A DNA stretch of 64,000 nucleotides from Priapulus caudatus. Its lineage: Eukaryota. The DNA is taken from the NCBI RefSeq assembly GCF_000485595.1, contig NW_014577092.1, forward strand, positions 646,190 to 710,189, written 5' to 3'. Positions 27,601 through 40,811 of the stretch are shown one piece after another (within the stretch, counting starts at the first letter, position 1; the number at the start of each line of letters is the position of its first letter). A program made the position numbers and the translations under genes. Below the pieces are notes generated by a model. It was not told the origin of the DNA. It saw nothing but the letters and a program-made list of their open reading frames with translations, and made no database searches.

Positions 27601-29619
27601 TGGCAAACATCGAAAATCATGAGCAACAAAAGGTGGGTCCAACCGCTACAGTCTCTTCATCTCGTACTTGCTCACGGCTGTGTGAAGGAGGGGAGAAAGG
27701 CGGGAGATAAAGGAAAGGAAGGAGAGGAAGGCCTTCCCCTTCCCCTTCTCCTCTATCTCGTGCTTGCAAACAACAGCGAGAAGAATGAGAGAAAAGAATG
27801 AGAGGAAGGGCAGAAAGGAAGGAAGGAAGGAGGAGAAGGAAGGAGGGGAAGATGTCAAGCTACCTTCTCCTCAATCTCGCGCTTGCAAAGAGAAGCTTGG
27901 ATAATGAGAAGAAGAAATGAGAGGAAGCAAGGAGGAGAAGGAAGGATGGGAGAGACGTCTACCTACTATCTCGTGCTTGCAAACAGCAGGGAAAAGAATA
28001 AGAGGAAGGGCAGACAGGAAGGAAGGAGGAGAAGAAAGGAGGTGAAGACGTCAAGCTACCGTCTCCTCTATCTCGTGCTTGCAAACAGCAGAGAAAATAA
28101 TGAGAGGAAAGTCAGACAGGAAGGAAGGAGGAGAAGAAAGAAGGTGAAGACGCCAAGCTACCTTCTCCTCTATCTCGTGCTTGCGGAACGTTAGTAGGAA
28201 CCGGCGGCAGTGCTCGGAACGTAGTCGGTCGATGCTGCGTGCGTCGATCGCTCGGCTTAGGTACTCGTTCACCTCATCATCGGTATCCTTACCCTGCTCG
28301 GAGAAGCCCAGCCTGACAACACACAAGCGAGGTGTAGTCCAGCGGATAAGCACATAAAAATGGGCACATTATGCACTTTTGGGTAGAATTATGAAACTTT
28401 GCCCACTACATGAGGTCCTGAAGATTTTCTGATATAGTGCCAATTGAACCTGGTGGCGTGCAGCGCCCCCTGTCGGGTTTACGGGTATTGCGTTACCCCA
28501 CTCTTCAGATTTTGGCTATAATTTCAATAATCATCAAATTTATTCAAGAGATAGCTCAAATAAATTCGTAGATATCTATACTAATAGTACAGAAGCAAGT
28601 TATTGAGTGTAGCTATGTTTGAGTTGTAAAAGATTACGTCGAAACAGTGAAATACGGAGTAAGGAGTGCGGAAGGACTAGTGTGGGATTCACTAAACGCG
28701 CGACACTAGAGTAAGGTCGTGCGCGCAAAACTGGTTTAGCTTTGATATCGATCACCACCGATTTGAGTAAGATCACGCGCACGTGTAGATACAATAATGT
28801 AACCCAACAAGAGTAAGGGTGCTGTAAAGGGAAATTGTGCCCCCTACTCTTGTTGTGTTACATTATTGTATCTAGCGCACGTGCTACTCCGTGTTCGCAA
28901 CTCGCACATGCAGAAACAAACACAGATGCGCTTTATGCACAAAGTTGTTTCCTTTACATCAATGTCAGTGTTTTCGTACTACATGTTAGTTTAGTTTCTA
29001 TTTATATTGCATTTCTTTTCAATTATATTTCCACAGTGTTTTGTTTCATTTATCTTTGTATGTCTGCATTATTGAATACACTACACAAAAAGCACGCGCG
29101 CGCACATGCACACCCATCTCGCAAGTAATCACACCCACACGCACGCACACTCACCCGCCATCAACCACTCGCACACTGGCACGCTCACATACACACACAC
29201 GCACACGCACACGCACACGCTCTCTCTCTCTCTCTCACACACGCACACACACACACACACCAGGAAACACACACGCACGAACGCACACACGCACGCACGC
29301 ACACACACACACGCGCACATGCACACGCACCACACACACCAGGAAACACGCGACAATATACATGTAACTGCGTCTATAATGAGAATAGAGCGGCGTCGAT
29401 GATACACCAATGAAACCAGCAAACGCTGCAAACAGCACGCCTCCGCCTACCTACTCCCCGCCTGCGATTAATATATACTTACTTACGCTATCAGAGCCCA
29501 GCTGACAATTGTTACTATTATAATATTATTACTTCTGCTGTTGTTGTTGTTGTTTGTTTTGTGTGGTTGTTGTGTGTGTTCGCTTGTCGAATGACAAAAC
29601 TATATTTATTTATATATAT

Positions 29620-29656
<37 letters not shown>

Positions 29657-29674
29657 TATGTAATATATAATATA

Positions 29675-29705
<31 letters not shown>

Positions 29706-30222
29706 TGTGTGTGTGTGTTGTGTGGTGTGTGTGTTGTTTGCGTGTGTGTGTCACGTAGTATGTCCGCGCACAATATATTAGGTTGTTTAGCAGCATCGGG
29801 AGTGTAGTAGTGATAGAGGCTTATACCATATTCATCCACTAACCTGTTGGCCATGTTTTTGTGTCCTTTCCCCTCGTCCTCGTCAAAGCCCATCTTCTTG
29901 AGAACGCCATTCGTTCTCTGTTCTGTACTCTTTTCTGTCGATTTAACCTTACCCTATAAGAAACAGTGCAGCGTTGTAGTGCATATGTGTGTACGGAAGC
30001 AACCTCAAAGGAAAATAACATCAATTATGCCTGATGCAACAGACATAAAAATTACAGATGCATATACGCATAGATGCATATATACACACACGCACACATA
30101 TACAGGAACGCGGACACATGCATGCAGACAGCCACGCACTCACCTACTCACCAACGCACGCACGCGCACACGCCACCGCACACGCACGCGCGCACCCAAG
30201 CACGCACGCACGCACGCACTCA

Positions 30223-30266
<44 letters not shown>

Positions 30267-30460
30267 CAGATATGCATATACACACATATACATACACGCG
30301 CACGTACTTACACATGTATGCACTCACGCACACGAACGCACAACGCGCTTACATATGCATACGAATACATACGTGTATCACGCATACACGTTTGAACGCA
30401 TGTACGCATCCACTCAGGTTTCCCAACACCACACACACAACACACACACACACACACCAC

Positions 30461-30493
<33 letters not shown>

Positions 30494-33400
30494 CACACAC
30501 ACACACACACACACACACCACACACACACAACACACACACACACAACACACCACACACCACACACAACACACACACACACAACACACATCACACACACAC
30601 ACCACACACACACACACCACCCACACGCCGCGCACACCTACGGCGATGTACAGGTGTATTTCACTGTGTGAAGCAAAATGTCAGTACATCGTTATAACTT
30701 GTGTTTGGGTACCATTTTGCCTGCGATACGTCCGCATTTACTCTGAAAATATTGTTGAAGAAATTGAGTGTGCTCTGCCTCGTTCGAACTCCATGCCACC
30801 GTTTGCTTTTACCGCGGCAATACGATATCCATTCCAGACCCAATGTTATTCTGGAGAATTTTACCATTTATTCGTGTGCTTGCACATGTGCATTAAATAC
30901 ATAAGCGCAATCGTTGAAAAGTAGAAAAAATGGCCGTAAACTGTCCTGGGGATTACATCAATTCAACAGAGCGATTATCAAAGATAAAAATATCACCAGT
31001 TAGTAGACACCTATAAGAACAACTGACTGTTAGTGGGGGGGGGGGCTATACAACAAAATCACACTGGTTAGTAGGAACCTACAAGAACAGCAAACTGATT
31101 AGTAAGCGAACCCCTATAAGAACAGCATATCTGATGTAAGCTCTAGACAACAGGTATGAGGCATTAGACCTATAAAGACACCACAGTGGTTTAGTAGGAA
31201 CACTACTATAGAGATCATAGACACCACAGTGGTTAGTAGGAACCTATAAGAACACCACAGTGGTTAGTAGGAACCTATAAGAACACCACAGTGGTTTCTA
31301 GGCCTATAGAACACCTTGAAGTTAAGAACTTAAACACCACCGTGGTTAGTAGGAACCTATAAGAACACCACAGTGGTTAGTAGGAACCTATAATAACACC
31401 ACCGTGGTTAGTAGGGAACCTACAGAACAGCATACTGGTTAGTAGGAACCTATAAGAACACCACAGTGGTTAGTAGGAACCTATAAGAACACCACAGTGG
31501 TTAGTAGGAACCTATAAGAACACCACAGTGATTAGTAGCAGCCTATAGAACACCACGGTGTTAGTAGGAACTCTATAAGACAGGCTACTGATAGTACGGA
31601 GACTTAAGAACATCATTTTGCTTTGGTAGGCAAGCTATAAAAACAAGCATACTGAATTAGTAAGTGAACGCCTATAAGAACATCAATTTGGTTGGTAGGA
31701 ACCTATAAAAACAGCATACTGATTAGTAGGAACCCATAAAAACATCACACTGGTTAGTAGGAGCCTATAAGAACATCACACTGGTTAGTGAACACATGTA
31801 AGAACACGGCAGAGATTAACAGAGACATATAAGAACAACACGCTGGTCAGAATATACTTACAAGAATACCACACTGTTTATTGAGTACCTATACGAACAG
31901 CACACCGGTTAGTCGAGATGCACATCTAAGAAGGAAAACTGATTAAAATAGACATAAGAACAAAGCACTGATTAGTGGAGACATATAACAACACCAGTCT
32001 GGTTAGCAGGTACCTGTGAGAATAGCAGAATGCTTAGTAGCGAGCGGTAAGAACGACCCACTGATCAGTTGAAACATAAGAACAACAGGCTGGTTACCCG
32101 ATACCTATATGAATACTAAAATGATTAGTAGCACGGGGTAAGAAAACTAAACTGGATAGTAGCGAGTTCAAAGAGCGGTCCATGGGTTAGTTGAGACGGA
32201 AACTCGGTGCCATTAGTAGCAGTAGTTATTAGTAGCCAGTGGTAAGAACACTAAACTGGATAGTAGCGAGTTCAAAGAGCAGTCCAGGGGTTAGTTGAGA
32301 CGGGAACTCGGTGCCAGTCGTAGCAGAACGAGAGCAACTCGAGCTGCAGAGGTCTTACCAGCCGGAACTCGAGATTGAAGCAGAGTTGTTGATGGTGGCT
32401 GTACGTGGAGTAGGTGGGCAAGGCTAGACCGTGCTGGCTGTCTGCTACCTGCCCGGGCAGCAGCATGTCTCTAAACAGCGAGCATCGCCTCTGTGGATAA
32501 CCAACCATCACGGTTAGTGCTGAATCCACGCAGGTGGATTTATACCACAGTACCCCCGGGTACACTATGTGGCTACATACATCCTAACATCATAAAATGA
32601 GAGGTTTATTATTATTATTATGATTACTATTATTTATTGTTATTATTGTTATTTCTGTTGTTGTTGTTGTTATTGTTGTTGCTGTTGCCGCTGCATCCAC
32701 CTATTGCTCGCACGCGCGCACGTACACATGTATGCACACGCACACGCTCAGCCAACTATCAACATGAACACACAGACGTGCGCGCATGTACCCCCTCCCC
32801 CGCACGCACAACACAACACAAGCGCGAAACAAGCGATGAGGCAACACACACACACACTCGCACGCTATCAAGAACTCACGCATGCGTGTGTACGAATAAC
32901 AAACATAGTTGCTCACAGCGTACAAGTACTAGTATATAATCAGAAATATATAATAGGGAATTCCTTATACTTCTGATATAATAGGTAGGATGTGGACACA
33001 TACACATCTACGGTTACAACAACGTGAGTACGCGACTCGAGCACATACACGGTCACGCAGACGCATACACACGCACGCACGCACGCACGCACGCACGCAC
33101 AAACACATACGGAGCGAACAATGAATTTCAACTAGCGTCGGAACACCGCTCGCGTGACATCAGTCAAGAAAAGAAACTCACAAATAGATAGTGTAAACAA
33201 CATCACACATTTCTACAGGGAAGCATCCCACATTAATTTAACACAAAGCGCGCGCCACCGTTAAAAACTTACTCAATTTAGGTAAAATAAGGCAAAGGTT
33301 ACGATAGGACTCGTGTCAGCGACGACTCGCCGTGCTCTGTACGAACAGGATTATTGCTTTTGGTAAAAAAGTTAGTGATGATGATTATATCGAAAATATG

Positions 33401-36400
33401 ACACATTTCATGATGTGCAAATGTCTTCTACTATATACTAGCAAACGATATGATAGGAATGCGCTATTAGACATGGACCTAATAATATATACATATATTA
33501 TTTATATTATGTATACATGAATAGAAATAAAGAATAACTAACATTTGAAATACCATACACATAAACAAAGAAGAAAGCAACCCCGTGGTAGGGAACAAAA
33601 AACAAACGATGGTAACACGCACAGAATTAGAAGCATTGGAAATTATAAAGTCGTTCGGGATTTACTCAAGCCTCGAGGCAAACAATAATAGGACACCGAC
33701 ATAGCCACGTACACGCCCCATCGGCAAAACACAAACAAAACACGAACAACCCCATTCACCTAGCAACGTGTGCTACGGGTGGTTTATATAGATGTAATTC
33801 AAAACTATGGATTTTGATTTCCGATATATATCTAGATATGCCGCACTATGCACAATGTATATGGCTTCGAAAGGATGCACGGAAGCTGGCAATTATTTGA
33901 AATGATCGTCGATAACTTGTTTGACAAGAGAAATATAAAACCATTGGTTTCAGTACAATCAATTGAATCATTTTAGGGACTGACGCTCATACACTACTGC
34001 AGTGACACTCTACTGAACAACAACCGACGCAAACACCATGGGAACCGGGGCGGGCGTATGCTGCTTGAAAATTAGTGGATTCGTGCGACGCCGTTATATC
34101 ATTATATTGACTTTTATATTATAGTTACACACACACGCCTATTTACAGTGACGAGAAGGATTGCTGGTGCCAGAAGTGTTGCACATAATTAGCGATAGAG
34201 CACTATTTTCCGTTAAGGAAACTTTGTTTTCTTTGCTATCGAGCGCAGTGAACCCATATGTCGAAGTTACGTAAACGACCAGGCGCGAGCGGTAGCATTG
34301 CACTCCAGTGACGTCATCAGAAATGATTTTTAAATAGTTCTCGAGAGTGCTTTGAAGTTTCATGAAGCTGCGCAGTATTTATCATAAATACCGTTGGCGT
34401 CTCAGTCTGTGTTCTTAAATTCTAATAATTATGCACGATTAAAATTCTAAACCACTGCCTCCCGGAATATTAAATTCCTTCTGCGTGACTGGTCGTCAGT
34501 AACGCAGTCAGTGACGTATATGTCAACAAACACGTAACCAAAAGCGCCAACTGTGATTTGACAGCGAACCCTTCGGTCAGTAGCACAGGACAGCGCTTGC
34601 TTTTAAATGGTAAGATGTTGTCATATAGAGGGATAAACGATGTTAGGAATTTTATTATTGTATTATTAAGCTCACTGCCTTCTCTTTTTATTCTACAAGT
34701 TTGTCTTTTGAGTACGAAAATTAGTTACTAGGCGCAGCCAATCATTATGCATTTGAATTACATCTATATGGAGCACCCGAGCAGATGCTGACCTCTACTC
34801 ACCCCCTTCGTTTTCCACTGCAGGTACCAGGTAATATACAAAATAAACATGTATTAAAAACTGTATAACACACTTACGCACACTATATAGACCTATATAT
34901 ATATATATATATATACATATATATAAATATATGAATATATAGCATATATTGTCATCCAACATTACCTACTGAGAAATAATCACTCGGGAATAACTGAGTG
35001 GCTACGAATAAAAAACTACGAATAAAATAATAATAACGACAGATTGCAATGTCGATCACGACGGCGATATCCAACGGCGATGAGGAGACTAGCTCTAGAC
35101 GTGAGTGAAAAAATGAGTAGAGTGAATTCGATGCGTGACGCGAGATGGCGCTCCTGCGGCCGCGGCGGCATAAAGGCGAGCGTGCACATACCTTACGGAC
35201 TTGCGGCGGCACAACAAAGAACGTTTCGATGATCTTCTCGCGTATGTAGCCGTTGCGCGCCGAGCCGTTACCCGGCTCGAGCGTGTACTCGTCCGGGCTG
35301 AGGTACGTCGCCGTCGTCGCCGTAATGTGCACCTTACTGCGTGACACCAAACAAATGATGGTATAAATGACGCCACTAATGGATAGATGAATGGAAGAAT
35401 AGATAGATAGATAGACACGTAGATAGATAGATAGATAGACAGATAGATAGATCAACAGACAGACAGACAGACGGATAGATAGGTAGGTAGGTAAGTAGGT
35501 AGGTATAGGTAGGTAGGTAGGTAGGTAGATAAGTAGGTAGGTAGGTTAGATAGATAGATAGATAGATAGATAAATAGCTAGATATTAATAGACTGATTGC
35601 GTTGCACAATTTATTGTTATGATACCGTCAAACATATAGAGACGTGTGAAAACTGTTCGATTGCATTAATTGGCCCGAATCTCTGTCCTGGGTATTTCGA
35701 ATATTGCAGAACGCCTTTCAATTGTACATTTGTGTCAACGCAACACGTATGGAAAAACGATTGAAACAGATATTCGAGAAGGACGAATCGCATGATACGA
35801 TATGCACGCTCATGTTTTTACTAGCGATCGAAGCACGATCCGCTGCACACGCCAACGTTTTCATTCTGTTGCTAGAATGAAGAAGAGATGTAGATAATAA
35901 TTAGTGTAGGTGTGTGTGTGTGGAGGGGGTGCCTACGTGCGTGCGTCATTCATATTTCATCGTATTTCGAAATTGTTGTCCAGCCTCTTAAAATGTTGTT
36001 GCCCAGCAACTTCTGTATAAGTAAAGTGAGTAGGGCCTACGTATACTATAAAACCATTTCAGCACACACGCGCGCGCTCACTCTTATTTAAACCCACAAC
36101 ACGCACGCCGCACGCCGCACGCACGCACGCACACACGCACATATATATATATATATATATTTAGTCAGAATATATTATAATATATAGCTGTGTCAGGGTC
36201 TGATGATCGTGATTGGTCATGGCGTTCAATCAGCATAAATGGTGAATATCAAATGCCGATCGTGTAACGTACGTATGCGAATCGGACACAGCCGCAAAAA
36301 CTCGTATCATTCGACGAATAATTTCTTGACAGCTACCTTATCACCGAATGTGAAACTAAGAAACAGAGCTAATTCGACAAATCTAGATCTACATTCTCGC

Positions 36401-36922
36401 GGCTTCGCGCCGCGTAAAAAGTCCGATAACATGATAAAAAGTGCGTCAGCGATCTAATCTAATCAATATTGTGTTTTTTCTATCGAGCACAGTGGACTTT
36501 TTTTCGGTCCAAACCCTATCGATTGCCAGTGTGACGTACGGCAGTGCACGCACGCACTGAGAATGTAATTAAGTAAACAGATACACTGCGATACGTAATT
36601 AGTGTGTAGCTTATGGATTCCGCTTGCTACGAATAATGCGTTGCGAGAGTCCACCGTCTATTGTTGACTGTACAGTTAGCGTGCGTGTATTAGATGCATT
36701 ATATGAGCAGCATCCAGTTGCTGCTGTCATACGCGTGTCCGTTACTCGGCTGAATGCCGGATGGGGTCTCCCTGTCTCTGTCTGCGTCCTTCTCCTTCCC
36801 CTTATTTAACGTACACCTCCCCGTCCTCCTCAACATCATTGTTGTCTTCTCCTCATCCTTCTTCCTCTGCTTCTTCTTCTTCACCGTCCTAACATCATCA
36901 TCATCATTATCATTATTATCAC

Positions 36923-36966
<44 letters not shown>

Positions 36967-37010
36967 GCAGCAGCACCATCATCATCATCTTCTTCTTCGT
37001 CGTCGTCTTC

Positions 37011-37049
<39 letters not shown>

Positions 37050-40000
37050 TTCTTCTTCTTCTTCTTCTTCTTCTTCTTCTTCTTCTTCGCCTTCTTCTAT
37101 GCATCCTCCTCTTGTATTTCCGCCTCCCCTTCCCGCCCCTCCTCCTCCTCCTTCTGCTTCTTCTTCTACTACCTCTCCTTCTCTTCGCTGTCACTCTCGC
37201 GCTCTTTTCTCTCTATCTCTTGTTCGTTATTTCTCCTCTCTATTCATCTATCTTACTGGCTCTATCTTTTAACACTTTCTCTCCCCTCCTCTTCCTCCGC
37301 CTCCTCTCTCCCATCACTTACTCTCTTGCTATTTTACCTTTTGCTCTCTCCCCTTCCATTCCCCTACTGCACATGCCGCTACGTGCGCGGAGCGAACACG
37401 GTGAACCACATCAGGAAAAAATAGACGAAAAAAGTCTGCTCCAAGTTTCACGCAGGCCCCCAGTCCAATTCGAGGCTTTGTTGAGTGTCCCAAAATGCGA
37501 AGCTGTCCCCGCCACTCGCCGTGTCTACCTGTGTCACGCACACGACGACAGGGACGCATATAACGAAGACGTTCGCGGAGCTTGTGACAACCACAGATTG
37601 TTGGTGACAATCAAAAGATGCTGGTGGCAATCGAAGAATGTTGAATGACGAAGGATGCTGAGGGCAATCATATAAAGTAATCATATAAATTTTATTTCGC
37701 GCTTGTATCAAACGACGGACTCGCGTGCGCCACGCGCGCGCCTGGTAAAACGCAGACGTGATTCGTAGCTGTTACCTGGCAACGAAAACACAGAAAATAA
37801 CAGCCGCTTTGCCATCCAGCAAAGAACCGCTGGAGACACGGTCTACTTTCGCCGATGTGGTTCCGATCACGTTACATGCTTCTACCGCAGGAACTATGTG
37901 CGATGAGTGTACGCCCATTAGATTCAGTTCGGATATATATCCACACACATCGGTATCGTACCTATGACGGTTCTAGGACAATCACCCCCCGGAAATCACC
38001 CCCCGGACATTTACCCCCGGAAATTTACCCCGGACATTTACCCTCCCCCGACTTACCCCCGGACAATCCCCCGGAATTTACCCCGAAATTTACCCGCGGA
38101 CATTACCCCCGGATTACCCGCGGACATAGTACCCGCCGCATCCCGGTCATTATCCCCCGGACAATTAACCCCCCCCCGTATTTCATTCAACCCACCGTTC
38201 AATCACCGCCGGCAACGCCCGCCGAGATTAGCGGCGGACATTACCCCGGACAATAACCGGAGCAATTACCCCCCGGGTTTACCCTGGTATTCACCCGGCA
38301 TTTACCCCGACACATTTACCCCGGACAATTAACTCACTTGTTGTTTATTTTCATTGCTTGAACATTACAGGGAGAGATGTCGAGGAGAGAGAAGAGGTGG
38401 AGGGAGAGGGGGAGAAGGGTGGGAGAAGGGTGGAGGAGAGGAGGAGGGAAGAGGTGGAGGAAGGAAGAGAGGAAGGAGAGAGGAAGGAGGGGAGGATGAG
38501 GAGGAGAGAGAGGAAGGTGGGGGAGACGGTTGGTGGAGGGGAGGGGGAAATAGGGAGAGAGAGGGGGGTGCCGAGCGCAGAGGGAGAGGAGTGGAAGGAG
38601 GAGGAGAGGGGTGGAGAGGTGGCAGGGAAAGATGAGGGAAGTGGTGGAGGAGGAGGAGGAGGAGGGGGTGAAAGGTGGGAGGGGAGAGAGGAGAGGAGGG
38701 GAGAGGGATAGAGGAGGGAGGAAGGTAAGAGGCCGCCATCTCAACTCTCTTCATCTCCTCATTACGTTCTCCCTCCTATCTTCTCTCCTCAACCCACTGC
38801 ACTCGTCTACCTCCCTCTACCTCTCTCTCCCTTTCCCTCCTCACTTACATTCCCCGTCGTCTCTTACACTCCTCGCTAATTCCGGGAGGTAAATTGTCGG
38901 GGTAATTAACGGGGTATATGTCGGGGGGGTGATGTTCCGGGTTTAAAGTCGGGCGGGTAAATGTAGAGGGATTGTTCCGGCGCGGGGGCCGCGTAAAGGT
39001 CGGGGGTTAAAGTCCGGATGTGATTGTCGGGGGGTAATGTCGGGGTAAATGTCCGCGGAGTGATTTCAGGGGTATTGTCGGACATGAATGGCTGGGGTAA
39101 TGTCGGGGGGTGATTGTCCGAATGGTAATGTCGAGGGTAATTGTCGCGGGTATGTCGGGTATTGTCGGGGGGTGAATGCATGAGGGGTAATGTCGAGCGG
39201 TAATTGTTCTGGCGGTTTGTCGGGGGTGAGTTGTCCGGGTATTTGTCCCTGTACATTATATATTATTATATATATATAATTATACTGCTGCTATGCGTTG
39301 TCTCGTCGATTCTATAGCGTAGGGCACGCATCGAGCTTAGTTCCCAGGCTATTCTGGATTCTATTGCTGACACGACGCTTAAGACATTACTCGCACTCTT
39401 TCGCTTCGTTTGGATTCTTTCGTTTTGAGTCATGAGGTTTTTTATTTACTGATATATCTGTTACTGGTGCACCTACTCACACTCGTGTGCGCGCGTGTCG
39501 TGCGTGATTGAAAACAGCATGTGTGCGTGTGGCGTGATAGGTTGGAATGTGTGCGAGCACGTGATAGGCGCGAGCGCCAGTCATACCTGTGGTGGATACC
39601 TGTGTGTGATGTGAGGGTGTCTTTCTGCTACTGGCAGTCTACTCACTCATAACTGTACTTTTTGAATCCTCAAATAGACACTCATCCGGTATTAGCGGTT
39701 ATGAGTGGTTACAGGCTCATGCTGTTTATGGCTGGCTATTGCACTTACCCAGGCAGTCTGTGCATGCGTCTTGCTTACCAGCGTCTCGCCTCTTTTTGCT
39801 TACCATTGCAGTTCCGAGGCATGCGCTTTCTACGACAGGCAGTTGCGCATGACTTTTTCCTTACCAGGCGTCTACGCATGCTCTTTGCTTACCCTAACAA
39901 TCACGTGCATGCTATTTTGCTTTACACAGGCGTCGCGCCTGTTTTGACTTATCCAGCAGTCTGCGCTTCTCTTCGCTTACAGGCATTAGCATGCTCGTTG

Positions 40001-40776
40001 CTTACCCAGGCAGTCTGCGCATGCTCTTCGCTTACCCAGGCAGTCTGCTCATGCTCTTTGCTTACCCAGGCAGTCTGCGCATGCTCTTCGCTTACCCAGG
40101 CAGTCTGCTCATGCTCTTTGCTTACCCAGGCAGTCTGCGCATGCTCTTTGCTTACCCAGGCAGTCTGCGCATGCTCTTTGCTTACCCAGGCAGTCTGCGC
40201 ATGCTCTTCGCTTACCCAGGCAGTCTACGCATGCTCTTTGCTTACCCAGGCAGTCTGCGCATGATTTTTGCTAACCCAGGCAGTGCGCGCCTGCGTTTTG
40301 CTTACCCAGGCAGTATGCGCATGCTCTTTGCTTACCCAGGCAGTAGGCGCATGCTCTTTGCTTACCCAGGCAGTCTGGTGAGTCTGCGCATGCTCGTTGT
40401 TTACCCAGGCAGTCTACGCATGCTCTTAGCTTACCCAGGCAGTCCGCCGGCCTCCATGTTGTTGGCGAGAGTGACGTCATTCGACCAGACGTCGAACTGC
40501 CACTTGCGCAGTCCGAGCACGCCGCAGTGCACGCGTCCGCTGTGGATCCCCACACGCATGTTCAACGCGTCCACGCCGACCATGTCTCTCACGAGCCTGC
40601 GAGAGTAAAGGCGACATTAGGTTTCCGCGTTCACTGACTAATACAGGTGACTAACGCCGACTAACTCGCGTTCACTGAGATAGAGGAGTCAAACATACAC
40701 GAAGGGGGTGGGGTGGGGTGGGGTAGAACCACGTCCCGTAGAGACGAGGTAGGCCACTGCAACGCACGTGTGAACC

Positions 40777-40811
<35 letters not shown>

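Noticed and set aside
31010..32000. Regular ~30-bp repeats resembling a CRISPR array (also 39990-40445 and 25960-26290)
   Set aside because: Head-to-tail units with no unique spacers, no cas genes, and a eukaryotic intron context.
39662..40608. ORFs with [10 protein letters not shown] / [10 protein letters not shown] decapeptide repeats (also 51612-52550)
   Set aside because: Products of a stop-free 30-bp minisatellite. The real coding sequence is the adjacent minus-strand exon.
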